DNA of 64,000 nucleotides, taken from the NCBI GenBank assembly GCA_001771185.1, contig METB01000001.1:439200-503199 (forward strand). The letters are read 5' to 3'. Origin of the DNA: a candidate division Kazan bacterium RIFCSPHIGHO2_01_FULL_44_14 (lineage in GTDB: Bacteria; Patescibacteriota; Kazan-3B-28). Below, piece after piece: positions 39,487 through 48,980 of the stretch (within the stretch, counting starts at the first letter, position 1; each line of letters starts with the position of its first letter). Below the pieces are notes generated by a model. It was not told the DNA's origin. It did not search any database and worked only from the letters and a program-made list of their open reading frames with translations. Both the position numbers and the translations under genes were made by a program.

Positions 39487-40605
39487 TTACATATCAACTT
39501 CGTGTTTATAGGGCTTGAATTCATCAATCTGGGTAATGATTTGTTTAACCCAATCGTGATATTGGGTAGGGCTTCGGTTGAGAGTTCTTAGCCCTTTTGC
39601 CAATCTCATCCAAGTGCGGTCGCTGGATTTGGGAGATAGGGCTTGTCTCAGTTTGCGGATACCCGCTTCATCTTGGGCTAAAGTCTTGAGTCCTGTGAGG
39701 TATATGGCTTGTTTCGGTTTGATCTTGGGTTCACTGGCTAAAATATCCTGTAAAATTTGGTGTGGGCTGGTGTGGGTATCAAAAATAAATAGGTTGTGTT
39801 CGGCTACGAACTCCCTCCAGTAATGTTCGATAACTGTCTTGGCGGTCTTGTTTTGAATGACATCTCGGAGGGTGGGGTTAATTGGAAACCCTAACTTACC
39901 AAATAGGGAGTTGAGTTTCTGTTTCTTGGACAGCCTTACTTCCATTCTCAAAATCTCAAGGTGGCTATCAGATAGCGGTTCGAAGAGGGAGCGTTGAACA
40001 TAGTTTTGATGTTTATCGGTTGCTCTTTTGTCGGGTTTTGTCAGGTCTTGGATTTTGTCATAAAAGACGAGGGAGTGGGAGGCTGTGTAATACTGCAGAG
40101 CTTCACCATTAGTAAATTTCATTGGGGTCAGATCCAGTCGCTTGGGGACATTGACCTTGGCTAAATCCTTGAGAACACTGCTACAGGTGTATGGGTATGG
40201 AAGCTCTAGGTTCTTGGAGTAGTGGACTGCCGACACTTTGGCGTTGATTAGGAGTTCACTCAATACGCCAACCCCGATTTCTCTTAACTCGGTAGCCAGT
40301 TTTTTGATTAGCTCTGGAAACTCAACTTCAGCTGTCTCGTCTAAGTTGTTGCCATATAGCAGTTTAGGGATTGAAAACTCGATTTTAAGTGGCTGTTCGG
40401 TCTGTCCGTTTTTTGTCATCCTTTTCATCAGGGTAAGTCGGGGTCGATAATGCTTTGTTCGCTTGTCTTGAGCTGTGGGGTTGTTCACATACTTAATCAA
40501 GTAGTTGCCAGGCTGTTTAAGGGCTTCAGCGTTAGGCTGAAACCGCTCGGGTTTCAAGATGAGGTATTTGCCTTGTGGGATTTGTAGGATTACGGTGTCA
40601 ATCAT
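39487..40605 (-). CDS. Hypothetical protein (mobile-element cargo; possible replication/initiator-like)
   Basis: 372-aa ORF with no secure motif. Confidence 0.45.
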   Translation of the reverse strand: MIDTVILQIPQGKYLILKPERFQPNAEALKQPGNYLIKYVNNPTAQDKRTKHYRPRLTLMKRMTKNGQTEQPLKIEFSIPKLLYGNNLDETAEVEFPELIKKLATELREIGVGVLSELLINAKVSAVHYSKNLELPYPYTCSSVLKDLAKVNVPKRLDLTPMKFTNGEALQYYTASHSLVFYDKIQDLTKPDKRATDKHQNYVQRSLFEPLSDSHLEILRMEVRLSKKQKLNSLFGKLGFPINPTLRDVIQNKTAKTVIEHYWREFVAEHNLFIFDTHTSPHQILQDILASEPKIKPKQAIYLTGLKTLAQDEAGIRKLRQALSPKSSDRTWMRLAKGLRTLNRSPTQYHDWVKQIITQIDEFKPYKHEVDM

Positions 40606-40821
40606 TGTTTTGGTTTTTTATATCGGTTGGGGTTATTTCTGCGGTCGATCTTAAGTAGAAGCTCCATAAAACCAACCAGGTTTTGCCAGTCCTCTCTGGG
40701 CAAATGGCTGAGCGGTTTTTTCTTGGGTTGAATTGTGGGTAAGTTGTTGGACATAAAAATAACCCCTATCTTGAGGTTATAAAATGTCGTGTTTGCAGAA
40801 CTCTGCGGATTAGTCTGCAGA

Positions 40822-41991
40822 CTATTTCAGGTACTTTTTGTTGAGCTGGAGCGTAGTTTTTTTCATAATCACAAAATCCCTAATCCTTGTCTGCTTGGCT
40901 ATTTCTTCATTAAGATCGTAGGTGGCGTTGTACATCTTCTTCCAGTGTTTGCGGGGGTTATATTCAATGTTTTTCCCGAAGAGCTTTTCCCAAATCTCAT
41001 CCACAGCCCATACCTTGGCTGGAGCCTTAAAGATGGCTTTGAGTAGATAGTGAGGGTTGCTGTTGTGGGTCTTGGATATAGTGATTTTGTTGGTTTGAAA
41101 GGTCAATTGACTGGTCTTGGAGTCGAATGACGCTGGTTGCGATATGGAGGTTCGTGCTGGTGTTTTATACTTAGCATCGATCTCTGCCATCGCCTTATCG
41201 AGCAGGGTTAATCTAATTTTAAAGACATCAGTGTCATCGTCTTCGGGTGGTACATCCATATCTATGACCCACACAGCTTCTATGTCTAAGTAGCCCAGTT
41301 TCTCGAGGGCGATTAGAGTGTGTAGGGGAAGTGTTTTATCAAACCAGGTTCTGATCTCAGAACTCATCCAGTTATTGTTCTTGGTCTGATAATACTGACC
41401 CCTTAAAACAAAGGTATCCCCAAACTGTAATTGGAGTACTCGCAGGGTATCTAACATTGACTCTTTCTGCTTCTCGAACTTATACCAATTGATCGAGTCA
41501 ATTTGTAGCTTATCGTTGATAAAACCGTTGAGGTAAATATCCAAGAGGGTATCCAGTCGTTTTTTGTTATTGGGTTTAAGCTGAACTGGGAACTCAAACC
41601 ATTCTCCAAGCCCGAATTTTTTGAACAATATGGCTGAGTCGGCAAACTGTTTGAAGGTAAAGTTGTTGTCTAAGAAGGGGGCAATCCCTTTTGCCATTTT
41701 TTCAGCTTTGCCCTCTTGGTGATTTTTCAGAGTTTCCGCTCCGATCTTACTATATTGAGCATACAAATCTGTGTGAAAAATCATTCCATCAATTTCAATA
41801 CCCCACAAGTCGAATTGTAGAGCGACTCTAAAGGCACAGTTATCGATGCTGTCTTGGGTGGGAGATAGCATATCCTCAAACCGCATCAGGCTTCGAGGCA
41901 CTAAGCGTTCGGCGTTAGCATATTTCCACAGGGCGTATAACCCTGCCTCTGAGATATGGGGTATGGGGAGTTTGTTTGTTTGCTTGTTCAT
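40822..41991 (-). CDS. Hypothetical protein (mobile-element cargo)
   Basis: 389-aa ORF with no recognisable motif. Confidence 0.45.
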   Translation of the reverse strand: MNKQTNKLPIPHISEAGLYALWKYANAERLVPRSLMRFEDMLSPTQDSIDNCAFRVALQFDLWGIEIDGMIFHTDLYAQYSKIGAETLKNHQEGKAEKMAKGIAPFLDNNFTFKQFADSAILFKKFGLGEWFEFPVQLKPNNKKRLDTLLDIYLNGFINDKLQIDSINWYKFEKQKESMLDTLRVLQLQFGDTFVLRGQYYQTKNNNWMSSEIRTWFDKTLPLHTLIALEKLGYLDIEAVWVIDMDVPPEDDDTDVFKIRLTLLDKAMAEIDAKYKTPARTSISQPASFDSKTSQLTFQTNKITISKTHNSNPHYLLKAIFKAPAKVWAVDEIWEKLFGKNIEYNPRKHWKKMYNATYDLNEEIAKQTRIRDFVIMKKTTLQLNKKYLK

Positions 41992-42048
41992 CTCTTTACT
42001 TTAGTTTACAATAACCAGTAAACATATACTCATAATGCAACCATTTAT

Positions 42049-42816
42049 ATGACGGTCTGTATTGGAGCTTTGGCTGAGAATGGGCAAAAGCTGGTACTTG
42101 TATCGGATAAGATGATTACTGCTAACATCCCGATTGCTTATCAGTTCCAGAAGCCAGATGTGCAAAAAATTTATCCGATTAACAATAATGCCCAAGTGCT
42201 GACTGCTGGGAATGCTTTATATGCTCACGAGATTGTCCGTATGGCAGTAAAACGGGTTGCGAAAGAGCGTCTCGAGGGTAAAGATGCTCATAGCGTTGAA
42301 GAGATTACGGAGATAATAAGATCTATCTACCAGGCGTTTAGATTGCAAAAGGTGGTTCAGCTTGTCTTGGAGCCAAGGGGGTTATCATTGGATGCCTACT
42401 ATAGTAATCAACAAAGGTTGCACCAAGGAATGGTGGGCGAAATAGAGCAAAACTTAGTGAACTACAATATAGGAGTAGAGTTAATAGTCGCTGGTATTAA
42501 CCCTGGGGACGGATGTCATCTGTACAGTATTACCCATCCTGGCGTATCCGCCTGTCACGACACGATAGGATATGCCTGTGTAGGTAGTGGAGCTCCCCAC
42601 GCTCTCTATTCTTTAATAGCCTCTGAATATACTAAAGACAAATTGGTTGGGCAGGTTGAAGCGTATGTAGATGATGCTAAGAAAAAGAGTGAGGTTGCCC
42701 CTGGAGTTGGGACGGAAACCGAAAAGATCATACTTCCACCTGCTACAATAGAAGCGGTTCCAGAAGTAATGCATACAGCGGTGCCAGTATTAGATAATCC
42801 ACAGCCACCAGTATGA
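42049..42816 (+). CDS. Proteasome-like N-terminal-nucleophile hydrolase (HslV/Anbu-like), putative
   Basis: Thr directly after the initiator Met (MTVCIGALAENG), a Lys about 30 residues in, and a GSG motif (ACVGSGAPHA). 255 aa. Confidence 0.4.
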   Translation: MTVCIGALAENGQKLVLVSDKMITANIPIAYQFQKPDVQKIYPINNNAQVLTAGNALYAHEIVRMAVKRVAKERLEGKDAHSVEEITEIIRSIYQAFRLQKVVQLVLEPRGLSLDAYYSNQQRLHQGMVGEIEQNLVNYNIGVELIVAGINPGDGCHLYSITHPGVSACHDTIGYACVGSGAPHALYSLIASEYTKDKLVGQVEAYVDDAKKKSEVAPGVGTETEKIILPPATIEAVPEVMHTAVPVLDNPQPPV

Positions 42817-43046
42817 ACGAGGATTTTGAACAGAGTAAAGCGAATGTTGTCAGCATTTCGGTAGCCCAACATCAAGCGTATATGCGTTGGGGTCTTCAGT
42901 CTCTCGTCTTTGAGGGGCTTAAAGACGAAGGGTTTATCCGACAGACCGATGGGAAGATGTTGGCAAAGAAGCTGGTTTCCTCCGATCAGGATGAGATTAC
43001 AGACTTGCCCAATTTTCAGCCCCATTTACTGCAAGTCCCGTCTTAA
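42813..43046 (+). CDS. Small hypothetical protein translationally coupled (ATGA) to the proteasome-like gene
   Basis: 77-aa ORF with a 4-nt overlap. Confidence 0.35.
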   Translation: MNEDFEQSKANVVSISVAQHQAYMRWGLQSLVFEGLKDEGFIRQTDGKMLAKKLVSSDQDEITDLPNFQPHLLQVPS

Positions 43047-43108
43047 GGATTTGTAAGTCTGCTCTAATTTGTTTCCAATCAAGAGTTCTAAGTTTGTCCA
43101 CGAGGGGG

Positions 43109-43143
43109 AGCCAAATGAAAACGAGTAAAGTGACCGAGGTGCC
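43109..43143 (+). repeat. 35-bp direct repeat R1 (candidate attL), containing a truncated 13-codon copy of the small ORF at 63742-63840
   Basis: AGCCAAATGAAAACGAGTaAAgTGACCGAGGTGCC compared with 63736-63770 AGCCAAATGAAAACGAGTcAAaTGACCGAGGTGCC, 33 of 35 identical. Confidence 0.7.
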
Positions 43144-43194
43144 CCAAAGCGCCTAGTTCGGTCTGGGAGCCAAAAAATCCACATTGGCCCAAGA

Positions 43195-43225
43195 AAATAA
43201 CCCCTTCGCAGGGGTTGTTTTTATG
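43195..43225 (+). terminator. Rho-independent terminator
   Basis: aaccccttcgcaggggtt followed by gtttttat. Confidence 0.6.
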
Positions 43226-43232
43226 GTAAGCT

Positions 43233-43385
43233 ATGGGTGTTGTTCCACAATCTTGAAAGTTTGGATATCCAATTTTCCTAGGGATATAGGGATGTTAGTA
43301 CCGATAATCGCGGTTAAAAACGGGCAGATGCTCGAGTGCCGCGATTATCTACTCCTAGGAGCAAGAGATTGTGGAACAACCACCA
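43233..43385. repeat. Nested inverted-repeat structure (outer ~19-bp arms gtgttgttccacaatcttg / caagagattgtggaacaac; inner 11-bp arms gataatcgcgg / ccgcgattatc)
   Basis: The arms are directly visible. It lies just inside the candidate element boundary and upstream of gene 43447. Confidence 0.6.
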
Positions 43386-43446
43386 CGAGGTCTGCCCCTT
43401 TTTGATTTATATAATAATCGGCAGGTCATCGGGTAGGGAATCCACG

Positions 43447-44517
43447 ATGGCTATTATTGTTTCTAAATCAGGAAAGAACGCTCAAAAAGTTGAGCGATCC
43501 AGAATCGAACAAGAGGATTATCTCCAACAATATACACTGGATAATCCGGAGGTGATTCCACTTTACGATATCAAAGAAGATATCAGGTTACTAATTCTCG
43601 CTCGAGAGTTTTCCACTAATAGCGGTCCCATTGATGCCATTGGTATCGATAAGGATGGCGAGATTTATATTGTAGAAACTAAGCTCTATAAGAATCCGGA
43701 CAAACGAACAGTCGTTGCCCAAGCTCTCGACTATGGAGCGGCCCTTTGGCGACACTCCAATGATTTTGATTACTTTATCGATACTTTGAATCAGAGTGTC
43801 CAGAAGGTGTTCGGAATGACTCTCAACGACAAGATTGAAGCTTTCTTCGGTTTATCACAAGAGGAGATAGCTGGACTACTTGAGGGGGTCAAAAAGAACC
43901 TAGCCGATGGAGTGATGCACTTCGTCGTTCTGATGGATTCTCTAGATGATCGGCTGAAAGACTTAGTTCTATATGTTAATCAGAACAGTCAGTTTGATAT
44001 CTACATTGTTGAATTGGACTACTACAAGCACGAAGAGTATGAGATTATCATTCCCAAGATTTACGGGGCGGAGGTTAAAAAAGATGCCGCCATCCAGAAA
44101 AGTAGTGGGTCTAGGCAACAGTGGTCTGAGGAAGAGTATCTATCTAGCGCTAAAGCTACCATAGACGGCAAGGTCTATCCGGCATTCAGTAAATTATATG
44201 AAGCTTGTAAGACCTCAGCCGATGGGATGCGATTTGGCACTGGCACGGTCAGAGGTTCAGTCGGTCCATTCTATAACTCTATCTCTCGGCGAACTATTTT
44301 TACTCTTTATACCGACGGCAAGTTAGCTTTCAATTTTGGCTGGTTGAATGAGCCCACTTCAGCGATTGAGTTTAGAGATAGATACTTCAACGCGCTGAAG
44401 TCCTTGGGGCTGAAATTGGAAGAGAGCGATATTTTGGTCTATCCGCATTTTCCGATCAATCAGTGGTCGCCTTTGGTAGAGAAAATCATCCAAGTGGTTA
44501 AGGAGACTGCGGTATGA
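43447..44517 (+). CDS. PD-(D/E)xK (restriction-endonuclease-fold) nuclease-like protein with a C-terminal domain of unknown function
   Basis: IDAIGIDKDGEIYIVETKLYK gives a D...ExK arrangement of NucS/Shedu/Mrr type. 356 aa. Confidence 0.5.
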   Translation: MAIIVSKSGKNAQKVERSRIEQEDYLQQYTLDNPEVIPLYDIKEDIRLLILAREFSTNSGPIDAIGIDKDGEIYIVETKLYKNPDKRTVVAQALDYGAALWRHSNDFDYFIDTLNQSVQKVFGMTLNDKIEAFFGLSQEEIAGLLEGVKKNLADGVMHFVVLMDSLDDRLKDLVLYVNQNSQFDIYIVELDYYKHEEYEIIIPKIYGAEVKKDAAIQKSSGSRQQWSEEEYLSSAKATIDGKVYPAFSKLYEACKTSADGMRFGTGTVRGSVGPFYNSISRRTIFTLYTDGKLAFNFGWLNEPTSAIEFRDRYFNALKSLGLKLEESDILVYPHFPINQWSPLVEKIIQVVKETAV

Positions 44518-45230
44518 AGAAAATCAAATCCGTCGAGCAATATGGTCAGTTATATATGAAACGATTTCTCCAGGACCAAATTGCTCACAAGGATGCTATT
44601 TATGATGACTGGCGAGAGGCCTTGGAGTTCTTGTTTTCCAAGGTCTTTTATCGGGGTAGGCGAGATGAGTTGTCAGAGAGATTTATGTGGGCAACTCTTA
44701 AAACTCTAAAAGAAATTGAGTTAGATCCGGACTATAACAAGCAATTACTTGATAATCGCCTACAATCCAATGGGGTGAACAATCACAAGGATCGCAAGAT
44801 GGTCTGCGAAGTTCTGGATTTCGTCTTTAATCTTCCCACTCCTTACGGTCGCAATATCGTTAAATACACCATTGAGCGGATTAAAAATGGGAAGATTCTA
44901 GACATCTTTAATGAACTGAATACGATTTATGCCATCGGAGACAAGCTATCCTCGTTCTATATCCGAGATGTGGCGTTGGTATTTGATTTAGAGGATAAGC
45001 TACTAGCAGATGACTTCAAATATTGTCAGCCTATCGATACATGGGTGAAACAAGTAGCGGTTAAGCTGGACCTTATTGCTCCCCAAGAAGGGGATGTGGC
45101 AACAATCAAGTCAGCCATTATAGATGCGTGTCGAGGGGCAAATGTATCACCCCTACTTTTTAACGCAGGGGCATGGATGGTCGGAGCTAAATCCTTCGAT
45201 TTGTTGATAGAGCGGTTTTCTACACAATAA
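44514..45230 (+). CDS. Hypothetical protein, possible helix-hairpin-helix DNA-binding module (LNTIYAIGDKLSSFYIRDVAL)
   Basis: ATGA overlap with the upstream nuclease-like gene. 238 aa. Confidence 0.4.
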   Translation: MKKIKSVEQYGQLYMKRFLQDQIAHKDAIYDDWREALEFLFSKVFYRGRRDELSERFMWATLKTLKEIELDPDYNKQLLDNRLQSNGVNNHKDRKMVCEVLDFVFNLPTPYGRNIVKYTIERIKNGKILDIFNELNTIYAIGDKLSSFYIRDVALVFDLEDKLLADDFKYCQPIDTWVKQVAVKLDLIAPQEGDVATIKSAIIDACRGANVSPLLFNAGAWMVGAKSFDLLIERFSTQ

Positions 45231-45258
45231 ACAATCCTACTGTTTCTGTTGGAGCTTA

Positions 45259-46638
45259 CTAGCGGGCTGAAGTGGGTTCATCGATAAGCTTGGTTAGGGT
45301 AGTTTTCTTATTGTCTTGTAGTGTCAGTTTGCCTTGGTTCAATATTACTTGGCTTTGGATGTTTGCTAGTATCTCTCGCTTTTGTTCATTACTACCTTCC
45401 CGGAGAATGTACTTGGCATACATTTTCAGGTCCACTCTTGGCATTTTGGAGGTGGCGGAATCTATCCCCAGCACTCCCTGCGTGAATTTATTGTAGCGGT
45501 CTATCTCTTCCTGCAACCTATCCTTCATCCCGATTCGATCTAGAGTCAGTTTATCGATAATCTCCACAAATTGTTCAATGAGGTCTGCCTCTCTGACATA
45601 AGGTTGTTTGCACCCGATTCTCTTGCTATCTGTGCAGTGATAGTAGACATGGCGATTCATCTCACCATTCTTTAATCGCTTGAATTTTTCTTCAGCACTG
45701 ACTCCGGCCCCGCACTGACCGCAGGTCATCATCCTTGTAAAGGCGAAGCACTTTTCACCATGACGGCCATGTGGGGGTTTAGAAATTCTAACTTGCACCT
45801 CATCAAATAACTCTTTGTTAATTAGTGGTTCGTGTTTGCCTTGGTAGCTTCCTTCGCCATAGGTATATTCGCCATAGTAGAAGCTATTCTTGAGAGTCAG
45901 AAAGATTGAACTTAGTGCCATCTTCTTGCCGCTTCGAGTCGTGAAGTTAGTTTCGCTATTAAGCCAATCTAAGATGTTCCTGCCGGAGTAGCCATGTTTG
46001 GCCACCTTATTGAAGATCTCTTTAATGGTGGGAGCTCTTTCTTTGTCGACCAAGATCGTGTTGTCGGCATAGTTGTTGAGATAGCCGAGTGGGGCGACTC
46101 CTGGTCGCCAGCCCATCTCACATTTGGTTCGCATCCCTCGTTTAACATTCACGCCCTTGTTATCGTTTTCCAATTTGGCTTGGGAACAGAGAATCATTAA
46201 GAGGAACTTCTCGTTAGGGGAGTTCCGGAATATCTGACCATGGGTTCTGATTTCGTGCAGAAGTCCTTGGTCCATAAGGTCGACCAAAGAGCCAAGGTCT
46301 CCGGCATTACGGCTCAATCGGTCTGGAGCCCATGTCATAATTCCATTGAAATCGCCTTCTCGGATTCTCATCAGAAGCTCAGTAAAGGCGGGTCTTTGGC
46401 CGGAGTCCTTAGCCGAGTGGCTTTCCTTGATAGTCTCTACTATCTCTATCCCATCCCTCTCAGCCATCGCCAACATCTCTTTGATTTGGCTGTCTATGGA
46501 GAGGGCTTGTCGTTCGTCCTGCTCTGAGGACTTACGGGCATAGAGACAGTACTTGGCTCCCTGTGGTTGCTCCATGGCTTCCGAAGACCCCTCGGGAGCT
46601 CCTGGAATCGTCTCGTTTTTCACCATATTTGCCTCCAT
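45259..46638 (-). CDS. Large serine recombinase (second copy, distinct sequence)
   Basis: The resolvase catalytic region CLYARKSSEQDE...DSQ, recombinase domain, and zinc ribbon (CGQCGAGVS...YYHCTD). The N-terminal start is uncertain (MEAN... or MEQP...). Confidence 0.8.
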   Translation of the reverse strand: MEANMVKNETIPGAPEGSSEAMEQPQGAKYCLYARKSSEQDERQALSIDSQIKEMLAMAERDGIEIVETIKESHSAKDSGQRPAFTELLMRIREGDFNGIMTWAPDRLSRNAGDLGSLVDLMDQGLLHEIRTHGQIFRNSPNEKFLLMILCSQAKLENDNKGVNVKRGMRTKCEMGWRPGVAPLGYLNNYADNTILVDKERAPTIKEIFNKVAKHGYSGRNILDWLNSETNFTTRSGKKMALSSIFLTLKNSFYYGEYTYGEGSYQGKHEPLINKELFDEVQVRISKPPHGRHGEKCFAFTRMMTCGQCGAGVSAEEKFKRLKNGEMNRHVYYHCTDSKRIGCKQPYVREADLIEQFVEIIDKLTLDRIGMKDRLQEEIDRYNKFTQGVLGIDSATSKMPRVDLKMYAKYILREGSNEQKREILANIQSQVILNQGKLTLQDNKKTTLTKLIDEPTSAR

Positions 46639-46742
46639 TTGTCTATAGGGCTATATCAAGGGTAAGGATGCCCGAAAATTGGCCAAAGTCCAGTCCCAAA
46701 ACGCTTTATTTTGAGTTATACTAAAGAAGTCAAATAACCCCT

Positions 46743-48980
46743 ATGGAGCTAGCAGACAACGAAAAGCGGGATATTATCAAGTACTTGGAGGCAGGGAAAC
46801 CCCTGCCAGACAAGTACCGCTTTTTGCTATTCGGGGATAAAAATGAGGTAGAGTTGGTCTGGAATGGTAAAACCGACGAGGTTACTAATGTGGCTCTGCC
46901 TTTTCAGGTTATAGAACAGGTGGACGAGGCTAGGAGTGAAAAAGAGGTAAAAATCCAGACGGGTCTATTTGATGAGGGTGGCCGTCAGATTGGAGGTTGG
47001 GTCAATAAGCTGATTTGGGGCGACAATAAGCTCATTCTTTCCAGCTTGAAGAATGGTCCCATCAGGGAAGAGATAGCGAGACAAGGTGGGATAAAACTGA
47101 TTTACATAGATCCGCCATTTGATGTCGGTGCTGATTTTTCTATGGATATTGAGATAGGTGATGAGCAATTTACCAAACAGCCAGGCGTATTAGAAGAACT
47201 GGCGTACAGAGATACATGGGGTAAGGGTGCTGATAGTTTTATCTCTATGATTTATGAGCGTCTAAAGTTGATGAGAGACTTATTGGCCGATGATGGCAGT
47301 ATATATGTGCATTGTGATGACAGATTGAGTGGGTATTTACGACTAGTAATGGATGAAGTTTTTGGAAAAAATAATTTTAGAAATCATATTATCTGGAAAC
47401 GCACCTCTTCACATAATGATTCTAAAAAGATTGGCAAGGTGTCAGATTCAATTTTTTACTACTCCAAGAGTGAAAATGCTATATGGAATCCACAATTTAG
47501 GCCTTACGATCAAACTTATCTTGATAACTTCTATCGGCATATCGAAAGCGACGGTCGTAAGTATCGTCTGCACCAAATAGAACGTAATCCAGCACTAGGT
47601 CTTCGTGAAAATCTAAAGTATGAATACAACAACTACACACCTCGGTATGGCTGGATGGTGGAGAGAGGGAAGCTTGAGGAACTTGATAAAAAGGGTATGC
47701 TGGTTTGGTCAAAAAACGGTAAACCCCAAAGGAAAATCTATATAGGCGAGGACACTGAAGGACAGCCGATTCATGATATTTGGGATGATATATCAGCAGT
47801 TGGTAGCCAGAGTAAAGAGAAGACTGATTATCCAACACAAAAACCAGAGTCATTGCTTGCAAGGGTTATTAGAACCTCTACTAATGAAGGTGACATCGTT
47901 GCCGACTTTTTTGTGGGTTCTGGTACTACTTTGTCCGTTGCCGAAAAATTGGGACGTAAATGGATTGGTAGTGATTTGGGAAAATTCTCCATTCATACTG
48001 CTCGCAAAAGAATGATTGGTGTTCAGCGGGAACTTAAAAAAGAGAATAAGGGTTATCGAGCGTTTGAGATTCTTAATCTTGGTAAATATGAGAGGCAATA
48101 TTATGTGGGAGCCAATCCCGATTTAAGAGATGAAGAAAAACAAAGACAGCTTGACCAAAAAGAGCAAGATTTCGAGAAGCTTATATTGGGCGCCTACAAG
48201 GCAGAGCCGGTGGACGGCTTCAAAACATTCAGAGGGAAGAAGGCCAGCCGATTGGTATCCATTGGGGCCATTAACTTACCGGTTACTCGTAGGTTTGTGG
48301 AAGAAGTCGTAGAAGAATGTCTCGAGAAGAAAATCACCAAGGTAGATATTTTAGCCTTTGAGTTTGAGATGGGTCTATTTCCCAAAATGCAGGAAGAGGC
48401 CAAGGACAAAGGTATTGATATGGCTCTTAAATATATTCCTCGAGATGTGTTTGACAAAAGAGCTATCGACAAAAATCAAGTTGTCTTCCATGATGTTTCC
48501 TTTATCGAGGTCAGGCCTATTATCAAGGGTAAAAGTGTGGCAATCGAGCTAACTGATTTCTCGGTTTTCTATAATCAGGATTCTGTCGCCCAGGTTGAAT
48601 CTCTACTCAAGAATGGTAACAATAAGATTGTGGTTGAAAATGGTCAGATTATTAAAGTGCTAAAAGACAAGGATGGCATAGTCACTCAGGAGGTACTAAC
48701 TAAGAAGTGGTCTGATTGGATCGACTACTGGTCTGTAGATTTCAATTTCGAGAGCAAGCAAGAGATTATCCGTATCCAGAAAGATGGTAAAACTGAGGAG
48801 GTTTGGACGGGAGATTATATATTTGAAAACGAATGGCAATCTTTCAGGACCAAAAAGGACCGTAAGCTGGATTTTGTAAGTGTTGCGACTGAAATGACAA
48901 AAGGTCGACATAAGGTTGCTATAAAAGTGGTCGATATCTTTGGCAATGACACTATGAAAGTTATGGAGGTAAATATCTAA
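46743..48980 (+). CDS. Type III restriction-modification methyltransferase (Mod-like, beta-class N6_N4 MTase) with a long C-terminal extension
   Basis: Motif IV IYIDPPFD comes ~265 aa before motif I FFVGSGTT, with a TRD-like region between. 745 aa. Confidence 0.8.
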   Translation: MELADNEKRDIIKYLEAGKPLPDKYRFLLFGDKNEVELVWNGKTDEVTNVALPFQVIEQVDEARSEKEVKIQTGLFDEGGRQIGGWVNKLIWGDNKLILSSLKNGPIREEIARQGGIKLIYIDPPFDVGADFSMDIEIGDEQFTKQPGVLEELAYRDTWGKGADSFISMIYERLKLMRDLLADDGSIYVHCDDRLSGYLRLVMDEVFGKNNFRNHIIWKRTSSHNDSKKIGKVSDSIFYYSKSENAIWNPQFRPYDQTYLDNFYRHIESDGRKYRLHQIERNPALGLRENLKYEYNNYTPRYGWMVERGKLEELDKKGMLVWSKNGKPQRKIYIGEDTEGQPIHDIWDDISAVGSQSKEKTDYPTQKPESLLARVIRTSTNEGDIVADFFVGSGTTLSVAEKLGRKWIGSDLGKFSIHTARKRMIGVQRELKKENKGYRAFEILNLGKYERQYYVGANPDLRDEEKQRQLDQKEQDFEKLILGAYKAEPVDGFKTFRGKKASRLVSIGAINLPVTRRFVEEVVEECLEKKITKVDILAFEFEMGLFPKMQEEAKDKGIDMALKYIPRDVFDKRAIDKNQVVFHDVSFIEVRPIIKGKSVAIELTDFSVFYNQDSVAQVESLLKNGNNKIVVENGQIIKVLKDKDGIVTQEVLTKKWSDWIDYWSVDFNFESKQEIIRIQKDGKTEEVWTGDYIFENEWQSFRTKKDRKLDFVSVATEMTKGRHKVAIKVVDIFGNDTMKVMEVNI

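Noticed and set aside
43184-43405. A 73-aa plus-strand ORF.
   Set aside because: It lies entirely within the nested inverted-repeat structure. It has no RBS and its composition is dictated by the palindromes.
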